Assembly (NCBI GenBank): GCA_963706575.1
Contig: CAVPNL010000011.1
Location: forward strand, 23,560 to 87,559
Reading direction: 5' to 3'
DNA length: 64,000 nucleotides
Source: an uncultured delta proteobacterium
GTDB taxonomy: Bacteria > Desulfobacterota > Desulfobacteria > Desulfobacterales > JAHEIW01
Shown here in pieces: positions 1 through 10,261 of this stretch. A program made the position numbers and the translations under genes. Positions within the stretch are counted from its first letter, which is position 1; each line of letters begins with the position of its first letter. The notes under the pieces are model-generated. The model searched no databases, was not told the origin of the DNA, and saw nothing but the letters and a program-made list of their open reading frames with translations.

Positions 1-71
1 TCTCTATTAATTTTATGCACATTGTAATAACATCAATCGAGACATTGGACAACAAAGACTGGATATCCGGG

Positions 72-947
72 TCATCTGAGAGTGGGGTTCGCGTAACAGA
101 ATAAGCAATTGTGGTAACAGGGGTGCTGATGGTAGGAGCCAATATCTACAGATACTTTGCAGCCGCATCCTTTTTGAATACGCTGGCCGGTGTCTTTCTT
201 TAAAGCAAGGTTTCCTCCGAAGAGTTCCACAAGCAGTTCACTGGGAATACATGCGCTTTGCGTGACGGATGTGTTTGCGGGCAGTGCATTCAAAACATCT
301 TTTTCGCAGCAAAGCTTCAATTTTATATTGGCGGAAGCGAGAACCTTCTCCAGTTTAAGAATAATTTGTTTTTTTATTTTCAGAGGTGGATCGTAAAAAG
401 AAAAATCTGGCAAGGCGGCAAGGCGTTTTTCAATTTTGGGATAGAAATCCATAAAGCTGGTGATACACCATTTAATTCCAAGCTGAGTTGCCTTTTCGAC
501 AATGCGGTCCAGGTCGCTGAGGTTATCCTGAATAATACTGTTATGAGTCTTGAAGAAACAGATGGGGTCAAAACGCCAGTTAATGGCCCGGGATCCAAAT
601 TGGTCGCAGAGCTGTTTAAGCTGGCCCAAACGAATATCCAGGGGGGGCACATGCGGCTCAAGCCGAGGAGATTCCGAATTGATGGTAAAGTTGAAAAAAA
701 GATTGTAGCCGGCCTTTTGCAGCTTTTCTCCACAGTGTTCTTTTAAAAACAGGCCGAAGTCTTTGGACCAAAAAACAATTGTGTGCACGTGGGCCGGGGT
801 TGCGGGGATCTTCCGGGTTTGCCGATTGTATGGATTGACAACTTCAAAAAAATCGCTTTTGATCCGGTTCATGAACCAGGACATGTAAAAGGCAGGAATA
901 TCGGTACGCCTGGAGGCCGAGATGACGATTTTAGGGGGAGGGTTCAA
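72..947 (-). CDS. DUF1848 family protein (radical-SAM/photolyase-related fold)
   Basis: N-terminal ISASRRTDIPAFY, VFWSK, WRFDPI and C-terminal CGC..S.DIG.Y...C.H.C.FCYAN are typical of DUF1848. The TTG start lies inside a repeat, so the start is uncertain. Confidence 0.85.
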   Translation of the reverse strand: MNPPPKIVISASRRTDIPAFYMSWFMNRIKSDFFEVVNPYNRQTRKIPATPAHVHTIVFWSKDFGLFLKEHCGEKLQKAGYNLFFNFTINSESPRLEPHVPPLDIRLGQLKQLCDQFGSRAINWRFDPICFFKTHNSIIQDNLSDLDRIVEKATQLGIKWCITSFMDFYPKIEKRLAALPDFSFYDPPLKIKKQIILKLEKVLASANIKLKLCCEKDVLNALPANTSVTQSACIPSELLVELFGGNLALKKDTGQRIQKGCGCKVSVDIGSYHQHPCYHNCLFCYANPTLR

Positions 948-1103
948 AGGTTCAACGTTCAGAGGTTCAAAGTTTTAGGGTTATTAAAGATTTGTTGGAT
1001 TGGTTTTATTTGTTTTATTGGTTGAGTTGGTTGATATAAACCGAACCACTTGAACGAATTAAACCAATCGAACCAATTAAACAGATGTAACACCTGACAC
1101 CTA
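940..1103. repeat. Family A composite short-tandem-repeat element (GGTTCA units plus inverted ATTGGTT/AACCAAT units)
   Basis: Central ~100 bp is nearly identical to 42330-42430; internal inverted arms. Confidence 0.8.
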
Positions 1104-1105
1104 AG

Positions 1106-1453
1106 TTATCTTCGTTTAAGATCCTCCAACGATATCACTTTAGCGCCTTTATCGTTTTGTCCGGTTTCGTCTTCTTTGTTTATTTCCGTGTCTTCCCGCA
1201 AATCAGATGTTTCCGGTTCATCCGGGCTCTCAACTTTTTCCAGCCGCATCTTTTTGCTGTTCATCGTAAACTCGGTGCCGCTGATATACACATCTCTCAG
1301 GATCCAGGTAACCACCTGCAGCGGAATCTGTAATAGAAGCAGCTTGACGTGATACCAGTTTTTTTTTGAGTCAGGCAGGATGCTTTCAATCCGCGCATAT
1401 GCAAGAGGCTTTTCCTCAAAATAGATCAGTACTAAATCGTTTTCCACAGCCAT
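1106..1453 (-). CDS. Conserved hypothetical protein (115 aa)
   Basis: ATG-started ORF with plausible composition (ARIE.I.PD.K.NWYHVKLLLLQIP) and C-terminal KVISL; fits the gene layout. Confidence 0.7.
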   Translation of the reverse strand: MAVENDLVLIYFEEKPLAYARIESILPDSKKNWYHVKLLLLQIPLQVVTWILRDVYISGTEFTMNSKKMRLEKVESPDEPETSDLREDTEINKEDETGQNDKGAKVISLEDLKRR

Positions 1454-1469
1454 TCGGGGTATCCTAACA

Positions 1470-1570
1470 GGGGTTTAAAGGTTCAGGGTTCAACGTTCAA
1501 AGGTTCAGGATCAAAGGCCAAAAGGCCTGTTTTATTCGTTTGATTGGTTCAATTTCAACCAATTGAACAA
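1470..1570. repeat. Family A element, partial
   Basis: GGTTCA tandem units followed by AAGGCC and ATTGGTTCAATT/AACCAATTGAAC. Confidence 0.7.
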
Positions 1571-1602
1571 GATATTAATTTACCCGACGGTTGTCCTTAA
1601 TT

Positions 1603-2316
1603 TTACGGAATGGATGTCCGCGTTCCGATACTGAGATCATGCAGCGGAATCAAAATATCTGCCATTGCCTTAATTTTTTGGATGGAATCATAAGCCTCGG
1701 TCAGATCGATGTGCACACCGGGTGCAATTGCGGGTCCGGTCGAGGGGAAGTTTTTATCGTTGCAGCAAAAACCGGTGATAACGGCGCAGCCTGCGGAGGT
1801 GTTGACAGCCACCGACTGCCCCCCGACCGTATGTCCCGGTGATAGAATGACATCGATGCCATCGGTAATACGTGCGTCACCGTCGACTTCGACCACCTGA
1901 ACATCATCGAGGATGTCCGGATAATAGCGGTGGTCAACCGGATGGGGGTTTTGCAAAAATTCATGTTCAACTTTCTGAACATAAACCTCGGCATTGGTGC
2001 ACTTATAATCATTTTCACAGTGATCATTGTGCAGATGCGTATGGATGATGATGTCGATATCCTCGGGCTTCAGATTCAATGTATCCAATGCCGCCTCAAA
2101 TTCCAGTATTTTAAATCCGCATTCTTTTTCCGCACCTTCAGGCACCATAAATTGCTCCAGGCCGGTATCGACTAAAATATGCTTGTCCCCACCTTTTAGA
2201 TAAAAAACATAGATCGGAAGGTAAATGCGCTTGCCGTAATCCCGCAGATAGGTCATGACCCCTTGATCCGTTTCATTTATACCGACGACCAACGGGTGAA
2301 TGGTGTATTCTTGCAT
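1603..2316 (-). CDS. Metallo-beta-lactamase-fold hydrolase, N-acyl-homoserine lactonase-like
   Basis: LVDTG, HTHLHNDH (HxHxDH), PGHTVG and C-terminal PLHD motifs. Confidence 0.85.
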   Translation of the reverse strand: MQEYTIHPLVVGINETDQGVMTYLRDYGKRIYLPIYVFYLKGGDKHILVDTGLEQFMVPEGAEKECGFKILEFEAALDTLNLKPEDIDIIIHTHLHNDHCENDYKCTNAEVYVQKVEHEFLQNPHPVDHRYYPDILDDVQVVEVDGDARITDGIDVILSPGHTVGGQSVAVNTSAGCAVITGFCCNDKNFPSTGPAIAPGVHIDLTEAYDSIQKIKAMADILIPLHDLSIGTRTSIP

Positions 2317-2483
2317 TTTATCCTTCTATCCTCACTTTGCAAAAATTTGAAACGCTCATTTTAGGTTGAGGCAATCGTACCCCTGAATGGTCCTGAATAA
2401 AGGATTTTCGGCCTGTGATCAAGGAAAAAACGAATATGCATGTCACCCAGGCACCTTTGGTAAGAATTCAGATGTCATTTATT

Positions 2484-2512
2484 TTGACTTTTAAGAAAAA
2501 CAGCCATATAAT
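2484..2512 (+). promoter_or_regulatory. Sigma70-type promoter for the TPR gene
   Basis: TTGACT-17 bp-TATAAT upstream of a GAGGAG RBS and the ATG at 2549. Confidence 0.65.
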
Positions 2513-2548
2513 ACAATAAATTTCCATACTTACATAGAGGAGAACCTG

Positions 2549-3034
2549 ATGAAATCAAAGCCGGCGATCTTAATATATTTCAGCTGCCTGTTTGCCACAG
2601 CGCTCGTTTTTGGTCTTTCGAGTGCCGTGCTGGCCCAGGAAAAAACCACCACCAAAAGCCAGACCGCAAGAAAACCGGTAAAAAAGGATGCAAATTTTTG
2701 GTTTAACAAAGGCGCCCTGCTTTCCACCTACGGCAACCACAAGGCCGCTGTTCAGTATTTTCAGAAAGCCATCTCGCTGGATCCAAATTTCAGTAAGGCC
2801 TATTTCTCCCAGGGCGTATCTTACGGCCAGCTGGGCCAGTATCCCAAGGCCATCGCGCAAATTAACATGGCCCTTAAGATGGAGCCGCAAAACGGCATGT
2901 ATTATTACGGCAGAGGGCGGGTCTATCTGTTATGGGGCGACAAAGCCAAAGCCATGGATGATTTTAAACAGGCAGCCGAACTCGGCGATGAAGATGCCCT
3001 GAACTACCTGGATTATATTGGCGAAGGCAAATAG
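2549..3034 (+). CDS. Exported tetratricopeptide-repeat protein
   Basis: Signal peptide ending AVLA, three TPR units (A...F.KAI.LDP, AY...G..Y..LG); GAGGAG RBS. Confidence 0.85.
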   Translation: MKSKPAILIYFSCLFATALVFGLSSAVLAQEKTTTKSQTARKPVKKDANFWFNKGALLSTYGNHKAAVQYFQKAISLDPNFSKAYFSQGVSYGQLGQYPKAIAQINMALKMEPQNGMYYYGRGRVYLLWGDKAKAMDDFKQAAELGDEDALNYLDYIGEGK

Positions 3035-3252
3035 AACCCATCTCAAAAATAGCGATTTATCTTCGAAGACAGAGAAAAAAGATCCGAAGTTGCTCTAAAG
3101 TTAGAAGTGCCTAAAATGACGAATCCACCAAAATTCGAGGTGGACAAGAGTGATCTAAAGAGTTTGGCCTCACGCAAAGACGCCAAGACGCCAAGGGATT
3201 TTTTATTATTTAAATTATCATTCTTCGCGACTTTGCGGCTTTGCGTGAGCAA
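3032..3252. repeat. Family B element end plus nested CACGCAAAG/CTTTGCGTG inverted repeat
   Basis: 3032-3125 resembles the reverse complement of the right end of 46348-46672; 3163-3250 matches the reverse complement of ~54008-54085. Confidence 0.7.
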
Positions 3253-3333
3253 TTATGCTAAAATGGATTGATTCCGCTTTTCAATTTTAGGTATTGAGGT
3301 ATTTTTTGCCGATTGTATGAAAAGGAGACAACG

Positions 3334-4371
3334 ATGGGATTACACAAATGCAATTGCATGTTCGTTCCGCCGCGGGTTCTGGAAAATCTGGCAAAGGTTG
3401 GAGTTGAAAAAGCGAGGCTGAGCATCCAGCAGAGCAAAATCAGCCGCGCCAAGCGGGCAGACAAGCTGGTCGACATGAAAGCTTTCATCGGGACCAAATC
3501 CAAACGCACACCCAGGCGCAAGGTCTATGATTGCCAGAATTCATGGGAACAGCGGGTCAAACTGGTCAGGGACGAAGGCAAACCGGCGACCGGCGATAAG
3601 GACGCGGACCTGGTTTACAAATATGCCGGCAACGTGCGTGATTATTTTAAAAAGGTGCTGCAGCGTAATTCCATTGATAACAGCGGAATGGACTTGATCC
3701 TCAATGTGCATTTCGGCGAGGAGTACATGAATGCATTCTGGGACGGGGATGAAATGACCTTTGGTGACGGCGACGGTGAGGTTTTTACCAGTTTTACCCA
3801 GTCGCTGGATGTGGTGGCCCATGAGCTGGCGCATGGTGTGACGCAGTTTACCGCCGACCTCGAGTATTTCAGCCAGTCCGGCGCGTTGAACGAGCATTTT
3901 TCAGATGTTTTCGGCAGTGCCATCACCCAGTACGTTTTAAAACAGGACGCCGGTCAGGCGGACTGGCTGGTCGGCAACGAAATTATGGGACCGTCGCTAT
4001 ATGGAGAAGCGCTGCGATCCATGCAGGCGCCGGGCATGGCCTACGATAACAATCTTCTCGGAAAAGACCCCCAGCCGGCTCACATGAACGATTACTATGC
4101 GGGCAATGACGACAACCAGGGGGTTCATATTAACAGCGGCATACCCAACCGGGCTTTCTATTTGGTATCGATGGAAATCGGAACCGATAAAGCGGCGCTG
4201 ATATGGTATGATGCGCTTCAGAAACTGTGGTCCACTGCGAAATTTAATGATGCCGTGGAAGTCATTGTTGAATCGGCGCGAATCCTGACCAAACAAAAAC
4301 AGGTGCCCGTCGGTTCGACCCAGCGGGTGAGGGCGGCTTTTCGGGAGGTGGGGTTGCCACATGTCACCTGA
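3334..4371 (+). CDS. M4 family metallopeptidase, protealysin-like
   Basis: Short propeptide with C.FVPP motif, NAFWDG, HELAHG (HExxH), GALNEHFSD, DNQGVHINSG; no signal peptide; AGGAG RBS before the ATG at 3334. Confidence 0.92.
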   Translation: MGLHKCNCMFVPPRVLENLAKVGVEKARLSIQQSKISRAKRADKLVDMKAFIGTKSKRTPRRKVYDCQNSWEQRVKLVRDEGKPATGDKDADLVYKYAGNVRDYFKKVLQRNSIDNSGMDLILNVHFGEEYMNAFWDGDEMTFGDGDGEVFTSFTQSLDVVAHELAHGVTQFTADLEYFSQSGALNEHFSDVFGSAITQYVLKQDAGQADWLVGNEIMGPSLYGEALRSMQAPGMAYDNNLLGKDPQPAHMNDYYAGNDDNQGVHINSGIPNRAFYLVSMEIGTDKAALIWYDALQKLWSTAKFNDAVEVIVESARILTKQKQVPVGSTQRVRAAFREVGLPHVT

Positions 4372-4525
4372 ACCTTTATTCGGTTCAAGGTTCAGGGTTC
4401 AAGGTTAAAAAAAGGCGAATAGGCTGAAAGGCTGACAAGCCAGGAGGCCAGAAAGCGTTGAGGCTCGCCAGCTATAGAGCCTTCAAGCATTCCAGCTTCC
4501 CAGCTTTCAAGCTTATGACCTATGA
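4370..4525. repeat. Composite repeat (GGTTCA units plus AGGCTG/CAGCTT inverted units) between protease and inhibitor
   Basis: Tandem GGTTCA units, then AGGCTGAA-like units facing CCAGCTT units; similar to 22605-22770. Confidence 0.65.
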
Positions 4526-4543
4526 ACCGAAGGAGAAAGTGTT

Positions 4544-4858
4544 ATGCGAATTGATTATCAGTGTTCCGGCGGATTTGGAGGCTTGCGCCTGGCCTATAAG
4601 GGTGAAACCGATGCGCTGCCGGATGACGAAGCCAAAATGTTGCTGGATTTAATCGAAACGGCAAATGTTTTTGAGCTAGACCCGAATCAAGTCTCACAGA
4701 AAACCAGAAACATCCCGGACGATTTTACCTGCCGCCTCACCCTGTCGATGGCCGGAAGGAAGAAAACATTATCCTTCAACGAACTGGGTGCGCCTGAAAC
4801 ACTGCGTCGTTTGTCGGCTCATTTGCGAAAGCTTGCCATTAAAAAGCAGAGCGATTAA
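4544..4858 (+). CDS. Emfourin-like protealysin inhibitor
   Basis: N-terminal SGGFGGL motif, PDDF, ~100 aa, directly downstream of a protealysin-like gene; AAGGAG RBS. Confidence 0.85.
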   Translation: MRIDYQCSGGFGGLRLAYKGETDALPDDEAKMLLDLIETANVFELDPNQVSQKTRNIPDDFTCRLTLSMAGRKKTLSFNELGAPETLRRLSAHLRKLAIKKQSD

Positions 4859-4985
4859 TTTCTAACTCCCACCCCTTTTTTATTTCAGACAAAATTCTCA
4901 AAGCTATGTTATACTGTTCATATGGCGTTATTTCAAACTGGTTAACTTCAGGAGATGGAGTGCGAACGAATTCCGGGAAAAAAGA

Positions 4986-6911
4986 ATGAAAAAGATAATT
5001 ATCGCCACCGCAATTTTTATCGTTCTTATCGTAGTTGGTTATCTCATTTATGCTAATTTGGTTCAGAAAAGTAACCCCTGCGCCAGCATTTTTGACCAGA
5101 CCACCGTCAGCATCTTAGAAAAGATCAAGATCCTGAGAGAAAAGGGCGATGCCCTTCTGGGCCCAGGTCAAATTCAGAAAATATCCGATCAATCAGATCA
5201 GATTGCGGCAGACCTCAAGACCTGCTGCATTCTATTTCACGACGACAAGATCGCCTTCGATGAATTTGTAAAGTGCCAGGACGATTTTAACCAATACGAG
5301 CGCAACGTCGATCGTCTGGCTCACCTGGTTATTCAAACTCAAGTCGCCAAGCAGCAGGGACGCTACGATCTCGTAAATTTGAGGATCAATCATATTGAGC
5401 GCAATGTAAGAGATCTGGGTATCATTTCGGATCAGTTTAAGGCCCAGATGAAATCATTAATGGGCCGCGTGTCCCGGGAATATCAACAACCGGGCCAGGC
5501 CACCCAAAAATCGGTAATAACCGAAACCGAACCCAATGATTCTTACAAACAGGGCGTAGAGATTTCCTCCGGCATTTTGACGGGAACACTGTCGGGAGAG
5601 GATCGCCAGGATTATTTTCGTTTTGAACTGGCTTCCGGCAGTATCCTGAATCTGGATTTTACGGCCGGTGATGACAGCGAAAATTTGAAAATCGCGTTGC
5701 GAGATTTCGAGGGCAACGAGTTGTGGAATTCCGGTGAAACAAGCGCCGGGGCCGTCAAATCCACGCGCATGCTGATGAACAATCTATCCGGAGGGATCTA
5801 CTACGCGGTTGTTCATTCCGGAATCGGCCCGTATAAACTGGATCTCAATCTCGAGACCCAGAATGATGCCGGGTTGGGGACCGATGCCGGGGATAAAATC
5901 ACCAAAGCGCTTGCCATAGAGCCGGGCAGTCCTTTTTTCGGTGAAATGGGCGCCTTTGACGAAGAAGACTGGTATCGGTTTGATATCCCTGCCGGTCATA
6001 TTCTCAAGCTTTCCTTTACCCCGAATGCAAGCAGTGAGGCGATGAAGTTTTCACTGAGAAGTTTTGAGCGCAGTGAAGTCTGGTATTCGGGTGTCGTCCC
6101 GGCCGGAGAGACAAGACCCAAACGGGTGATGATGAACAACGCATCCGGCGGGACCTATTACCTGCAGGCATATTACGGCAGCGGCCATTACGGGTTCGAG
6201 ATTTTCATCGAAAGCCAAAACGACGCGGCCTCCGGGACCGATGCGGGCGACAAAATTGCCGAAGCCTTTAAAATCAGACCGGGCCGCTCTTATTCCGGAG
6301 AATTGGGCGGTTACGATGAAAGCGACTGGTATCGATTTGACATCCCTGCCGGCAGTGTTTTAAAAATGACCCTCTCCAATTACACAGAGAGTACGCCGAT
6401 GAGTTTCTCCTTCCGCAACGCTGACGGCGTCGAAGTCTGGCGATTGGATGATATACCGCCCGGAGACAAAAACACCACACGGATGCTGGTGAACAACACG
6501 ACGGGGGGCATCTACTTTTTGGAAGCATTCGATGGCAGCGGCCCGTACGAATTTAAGATTTATTCTGAACAGCAAAACGATGCCGGTTTCGGCTCAGACG
6601 CCGGCGATCGGATCGCCGAAGCCACTAAAATTACCTCGCAACGGTCGATCACCGGAGAGCTGGGAGATCTCGATTATGAAGACTGGTATACCTTCTCACT
6701 TCTCGAAGGGAAAGCCATTCAATTTACTTCCGATACAAATGGGGAACCCTTGAAGCTGTCCATGGGCAACGTGGCCCGGAAAAAAGTGCTTTATACGGCT
6801 GAATTGACACCGGGGGAGAGCGAAACGTTCGAGGTTCCCAAGGAAATGCAGCCGCCTTACTTTTTAAGGATTTATGGCGGCAAAAGTAAGTATAGCTTTG
6901 AAATCAAATAA
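4986..6911 (+). CDS. Membrane-anchored protein with tandem PPC-like (pre-peptidase C-terminal) beta domains
   Basis: N-terminal TM helix, Cys-containing helical region, ETEPNDS, then repeats ending QNDAGxGxDAGD with D..DWY.F. Confidence 0.75.
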   Translation: MKKIIIATAIFIVLIVVGYLIYANLVQKSNPCASIFDQTTVSILEKIKILREKGDALLGPGQIQKISDQSDQIAADLKTCCILFHDDKIAFDEFVKCQDDFNQYERNVDRLAHLVIQTQVAKQQGRYDLVNLRINHIERNVRDLGIISDQFKAQMKSLMGRVSREYQQPGQATQKSVITETEPNDSYKQGVEISSGILTGTLSGEDRQDYFRFELASGSILNLDFTAGDDSENLKIALRDFEGNELWNSGETSAGAVKSTRMLMNNLSGGIYYAVVHSGIGPYKLDLNLETQNDAGLGTDAGDKITKALAIEPGSPFFGEMGAFDEEDWYRFDIPAGHILKLSFTPNASSEAMKFSLRSFERSEVWYSGVVPAGETRPKRVMMNNASGGTYYLQAYYGSGHYGFEIFIESQNDAASGTDAGDKIAEAFKIRPGRSYSGELGGYDESDWYRFDIPAGSVLKMTLSNYTESTPMSFSFRNADGVEVWRLDDIPPGDKNTTRMLVNNTTGGIYFLEAFDGSGPYEFKIYSEQQNDAGFGSDAGDRIAEATKITSQRSITGELGDLDYEDWYTFSLLEGKAIQFTSDTNGEPLKLSMGNVARKKVLYTAELTPGESETFEVPKEMQPPYFLRIYGGKSKYSFEIK

Positions 6912-7009
6912 AACTAATCTAAAATGTGCTCGACCCCCTCAAACCGGAACCCCCTTAAGTACAACGTATTGCCTTCCGCCAATGTTGGATTAAATTGTAA
7001 GTGGGACTT

Positions 7010-9976
7010 CTACGCAATGATGACTGCTTCAGATCTCTTCCCATCGATTTTTATGGTGAGCGGCTTTTTGAGGATGACGTGTTTCAGGTGGCGGGTTTCA
7101 TTTTTTGGTGGCAGCGACAGCAGCCATTTCCAGTCGATAAAATCCTTACCGCCTTCCGAAGTGTTCAAATAGCTGATTCCCAAAGATGTAATATTGTGAA
7201 AAAAGTGGGAGCCCTGGGATGGGTCCGCTTTGAGGCCTTCAATAGTTGTTTCAACAATAGCACCGACTTCCGAGATGTCCGTCCAGCGTACCGGAATTCC
7301 CAGCCAGCGGTCGGCAGACCCCCAGCGCCCCGGTCCGATAAGCAGGTATTTTCGTTTGCGCAGAATCATTTCTTTATTCACATTCCCGATTTCGGTGGCG
7401 ATTTCGATGGTCCGCGCTGCATCAAAGGTATCCGGATTTATGAAAATAATGTCTTTAATTTCCTGAAATTGTCCGTTTCCGAGGGCCATAGTGGAATAAC
7501 AGAAGGCTTTGGAAATATCTTCATCACCGATTGCAACTTCCAGATTATATTGATTAACTGACATGGGCCTGATCTGCAGCAGCTCCAGCGACGGTTTCTG
7601 ATCCGCCTCAAACGGCATGTTAACCGCAAATTCGATCTCCACGGGACAGCCCATACCTTGTCTGCCGATCGTCAGAATTTCGGTAAGAATTTCAGGCAGC
7701 GGCAGCGATCGATATTTTAAAATGCTGGCAAAGGTGCACACCGGATAGCCGGATGCCTGGATCCCGTCGCGGATTCGATTGTCCTGGGCAGAGTAAGTGC
7801 TGCACAGATGTCGCACCGGGGCATCGGCGATTGCTTCATCGATGTCTAGTTTTTCGAGGGTGGCGTCCTCATTGGCGGCGAGATCATTCGGAAAATCGGC
7901 CATTTTGAGTGCATAGAAGAAGCGCTGCGAATTTTGCAGGATATCATCGACCGTTGAAAACTGGGGCAGAAATTGCGGGTATTTCGGTGAAAAGCGCAGA
8001 GCGACACCGCCTTCAACCACAATCTTCCCCAGCCCGAGCGCAACATGTGCCAGCCCATCTTCGGGCTTCATATGTGAAATGGGATAGTAATTATAAGACT
8101 GGGCAACTCCGGAAATCGCCGGATAAAAATAATCGCCATATACCTTTCCGGTCAACTGTTGAATGATGACCCCCATTTTTTCGTCTTCTGTGCGATGGAA
8201 CGTGCTTTTTACATATGCACGGGCGTTTTGGCAATAAGTTGATGCGTAAACCAGCTTGATCGCCAGAATGAGCTGCTTAACCCGTTCTGGCGGGTGCGCA
8301 TGGTTGTTGGGGATCATGTAGGTTTTATAGATGCCGGCAAAAGGTTGGAACTGCGCATCTTCGAGCAGGCTCGATGACCGTACCGCCAGAGGATAGCGGG
8401 CGTGATTTAAATACTGTTCGAGGTTGTGGGTAAGCCACTCTGGCACATGAGCGGCTGTAAATAATCGGATAACTTTTTCATCGTCGAAATCTCCGGTAGC
8501 CACTTCTTCAAGGTTATTTTCGCTGATAAACGAATCAAACCCTTCGGTTGAGACCACCAGCGTTTTGGGGACGGATATATTGACGTCTATAAACTTATCC
8601 ATGAATTTGGGGCTGTTTTTCAGGCGGGTGGACATAAAGGCCAATCCTCTGGCTTTGCCGCCCAGAGAGCCCTTGCCGATTTTGATAAAATCGGCGTCCG
8701 GATCAAAACGCTGTGAATCAAATTCGGTGATGATACCTTTTTGACGCCCCATGCGGCGCTCGTGGATAATGGAAACCAGATATTGTTTGGCTTCTCCAAT
8801 ACTTTCAAAATCGCTGATTTTTACCGGTTTAAGTTTGGAGGCCAGCATAATTTCAGAGCGTGCCATCAGCCAGCTTGAAAAGTGATTACGGACGGCATGG
8901 TAAAACACGGATTCGTCGGGGATGTTCGGCAAGATATCTTCCATTTCACGCAAATTGCTGGCCCTGCCGATCTCTTTGCCGCCCGGAAGTCTGAAGACAA
9001 ATTCTCCAAAGCCCAGGTATTGCATAAAAAAGCTGCGGATTTCCGAATGCAGCGTCGGTGAATTTTTGTTTAAAAAAACGGCCGGTATTTTTTGCGCCCG
9101 ATTGCGATTGGATTCCTCGGAACTAAAATTCAATAACGGTAAGTCCGGGCTGTCTTTGCGAATCATGGAAAGTAGTCTGAAGCCGGCGTCATCATCCATT
9201 TTTCCGTTTTTCGGGAATCGAACATCTGAGAAAATGCCGAGCAGATATGGTTTGTACTTCTGATAAAGGTCAACGGCTTCTTCAAAGTTCTGTGCAACCA
9301 GGATTTTGGGCCGCGCGCGCATCCTTAAAATACGGTGTTCATCGTTAAGCGATTCTTCCATGACCGCCTGGGTTTGAGTGACAATTTCTTTGTATAGCAA
9401 TGGCAGCAAAGATGAATAATAGATCGGTGAATCTTCCACGATGACAATGACTCTGACCCGCGCCCGCTGGGTATCGTAAGCCACATTCATGCGGTCTTCC
9501 AGGTTTTTAATCATCGCCAGCAATAAATCCGTGTTGCCGGACCAAACGTAAAGCCGGTCAATAGAATTGCGATCTGCATATTTTCGATCGAGCAGGTGGC
9601 GACTGGAATTCTGAATCATCAGGAAAACCTGCAGATCCGGAAACTTGCTTTTGATCTGGCGCCCCAAAACGTAGGCGTCGGTTTCATCGACCTGGGGCAT
9701 GGTGATCACCAGATCGAATTTTTTTTGGGATAGGGCATCCAGGGCTTCCTGGGCAGAAGAAGCCCAGGTGAGCATCGGCGGGCGAGAAAGATTCAAACCG
9801 CGATATTCATGGATAATGCGCTCGGCAAGCCGACCTTCTTCTTCCATAATAAAGGCGTCGTAAGGGCTTGAGACCAGAAGGATCTCCGTGACCTTCTTGG
9901 CCATAAGCTCATGAAAGACTTTAAATGAAAGATCAAAATCTTCGGGATGGAATAGTCTTTGAGTTGACATGTCCAC
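7010..9976 (-). CDS. PEP/pyruvate-binding (PPDK_N ATP-grasp) protein with N-terminal receiver-like domains
   Basis: GSLGGKARGL, PLAVRSSSLLED, FAGIY.T, VEIEFA, LQIRP, GPGRWGS.D.WLGIPV; no PEP-utilising C-terminal barrel seen. Confidence 0.85.
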   Translation of the reverse strand: MDMSTQRLFHPEDFDLSFKVFHELMAKKVTEILLVSSPYDAFIMEEEGRLAERIIHEYRGLNLSRPPMLTWASSAQEALDALSQKKFDLVITMPQVDETDAYVLGRQIKSKFPDLQVFLMIQNSSRHLLDRKYADRNSIDRLYVWSGNTDLLLAMIKNLEDRMNVAYDTQRARVRVIVIVEDSPIYYSSLLPLLYKEIVTQTQAVMEESLNDEHRILRMRARPKILVAQNFEEAVDLYQKYKPYLLGIFSDVRFPKNGKMDDDAGFRLLSMIRKDSPDLPLLNFSSEESNRNRAQKIPAVFLNKNSPTLHSEIRSFFMQYLGFGEFVFRLPGGKEIGRASNLREMEDILPNIPDESVFYHAVRNHFSSWLMARSEIMLASKLKPVKISDFESIGEAKQYLVSIIHERRMGRQKGIITEFDSQRFDPDADFIKIGKGSLGGKARGLAFMSTRLKNSPKFMDKFIDVNISVPKTLVVSTEGFDSFISENNLEEVATGDFDDEKVIRLFTAAHVPEWLTHNLEQYLNHARYPLAVRSSSLLEDAQFQPFAGIYKTYMIPNNHAHPPERVKQLILAIKLVYASTYCQNARAYVKSTFHRTEDEKMGVIIQQLTGKVYGDYFYPAISGVAQSYNYYPISHMKPEDGLAHVALGLGKIVVEGGVALRFSPKYPQFLPQFSTVDDILQNSQRFFYALKMADFPNDLAANEDATLEKLDIDEAIADAPVRHLCSTYSAQDNRIRDGIQASGYPVCTFASILKYRSLPLPEILTEILTIGRQGMGCPVEIEFAVNMPFEADQKPSLELLQIRPMSVNQYNLEVAIGDEDISKAFCYSTMALGNGQFQEIKDIIFINPDTFDAARTIEIATEIGNVNKEMILRKRKYLLIGPGRWGSADRWLGIPVRWTDISEVGAIVETTIEGLKADPSQGSHFFHNITSLGISYLNTSEGGKDFIDWKWLLSLPPKNETRHLKHVILKKPLTIKIDGKRSEAVIIA

Positions 9977-10052
9977 TGTAAATTCTTTGCTCAGGTTAAC
10001 CGGGTTTATTAAATATAGGGTTATCAGAAGCCCAATGCAAGACTCTATCTCT

Positions 10053-10256
10053 TCAGGTTCAAGGGTTCAGGGTTCTGGGTTCAGAGGTTCTTGAAGGTTC
10101 AGAGTTAAAACAGGTGTTATATTTGTCGAATTGGTTTAATTGGTTAAATTAGTTGATCAACCGAACCAATCAGACCAATTGAACCAATGAAACAGATCTT
10201 TAGACCTTTTGCCCTTTACCTTTGAACCTTTGAACGCAGAACCTTGAACCTGATGA
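10053..10256. repeat. Family A element, full ~200 bp copy
   Basis: Reverse complement aligns by eye along its whole length with 13330-13530. Confidence 0.85.
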
Positions 10257-10261
10257 CCTTT

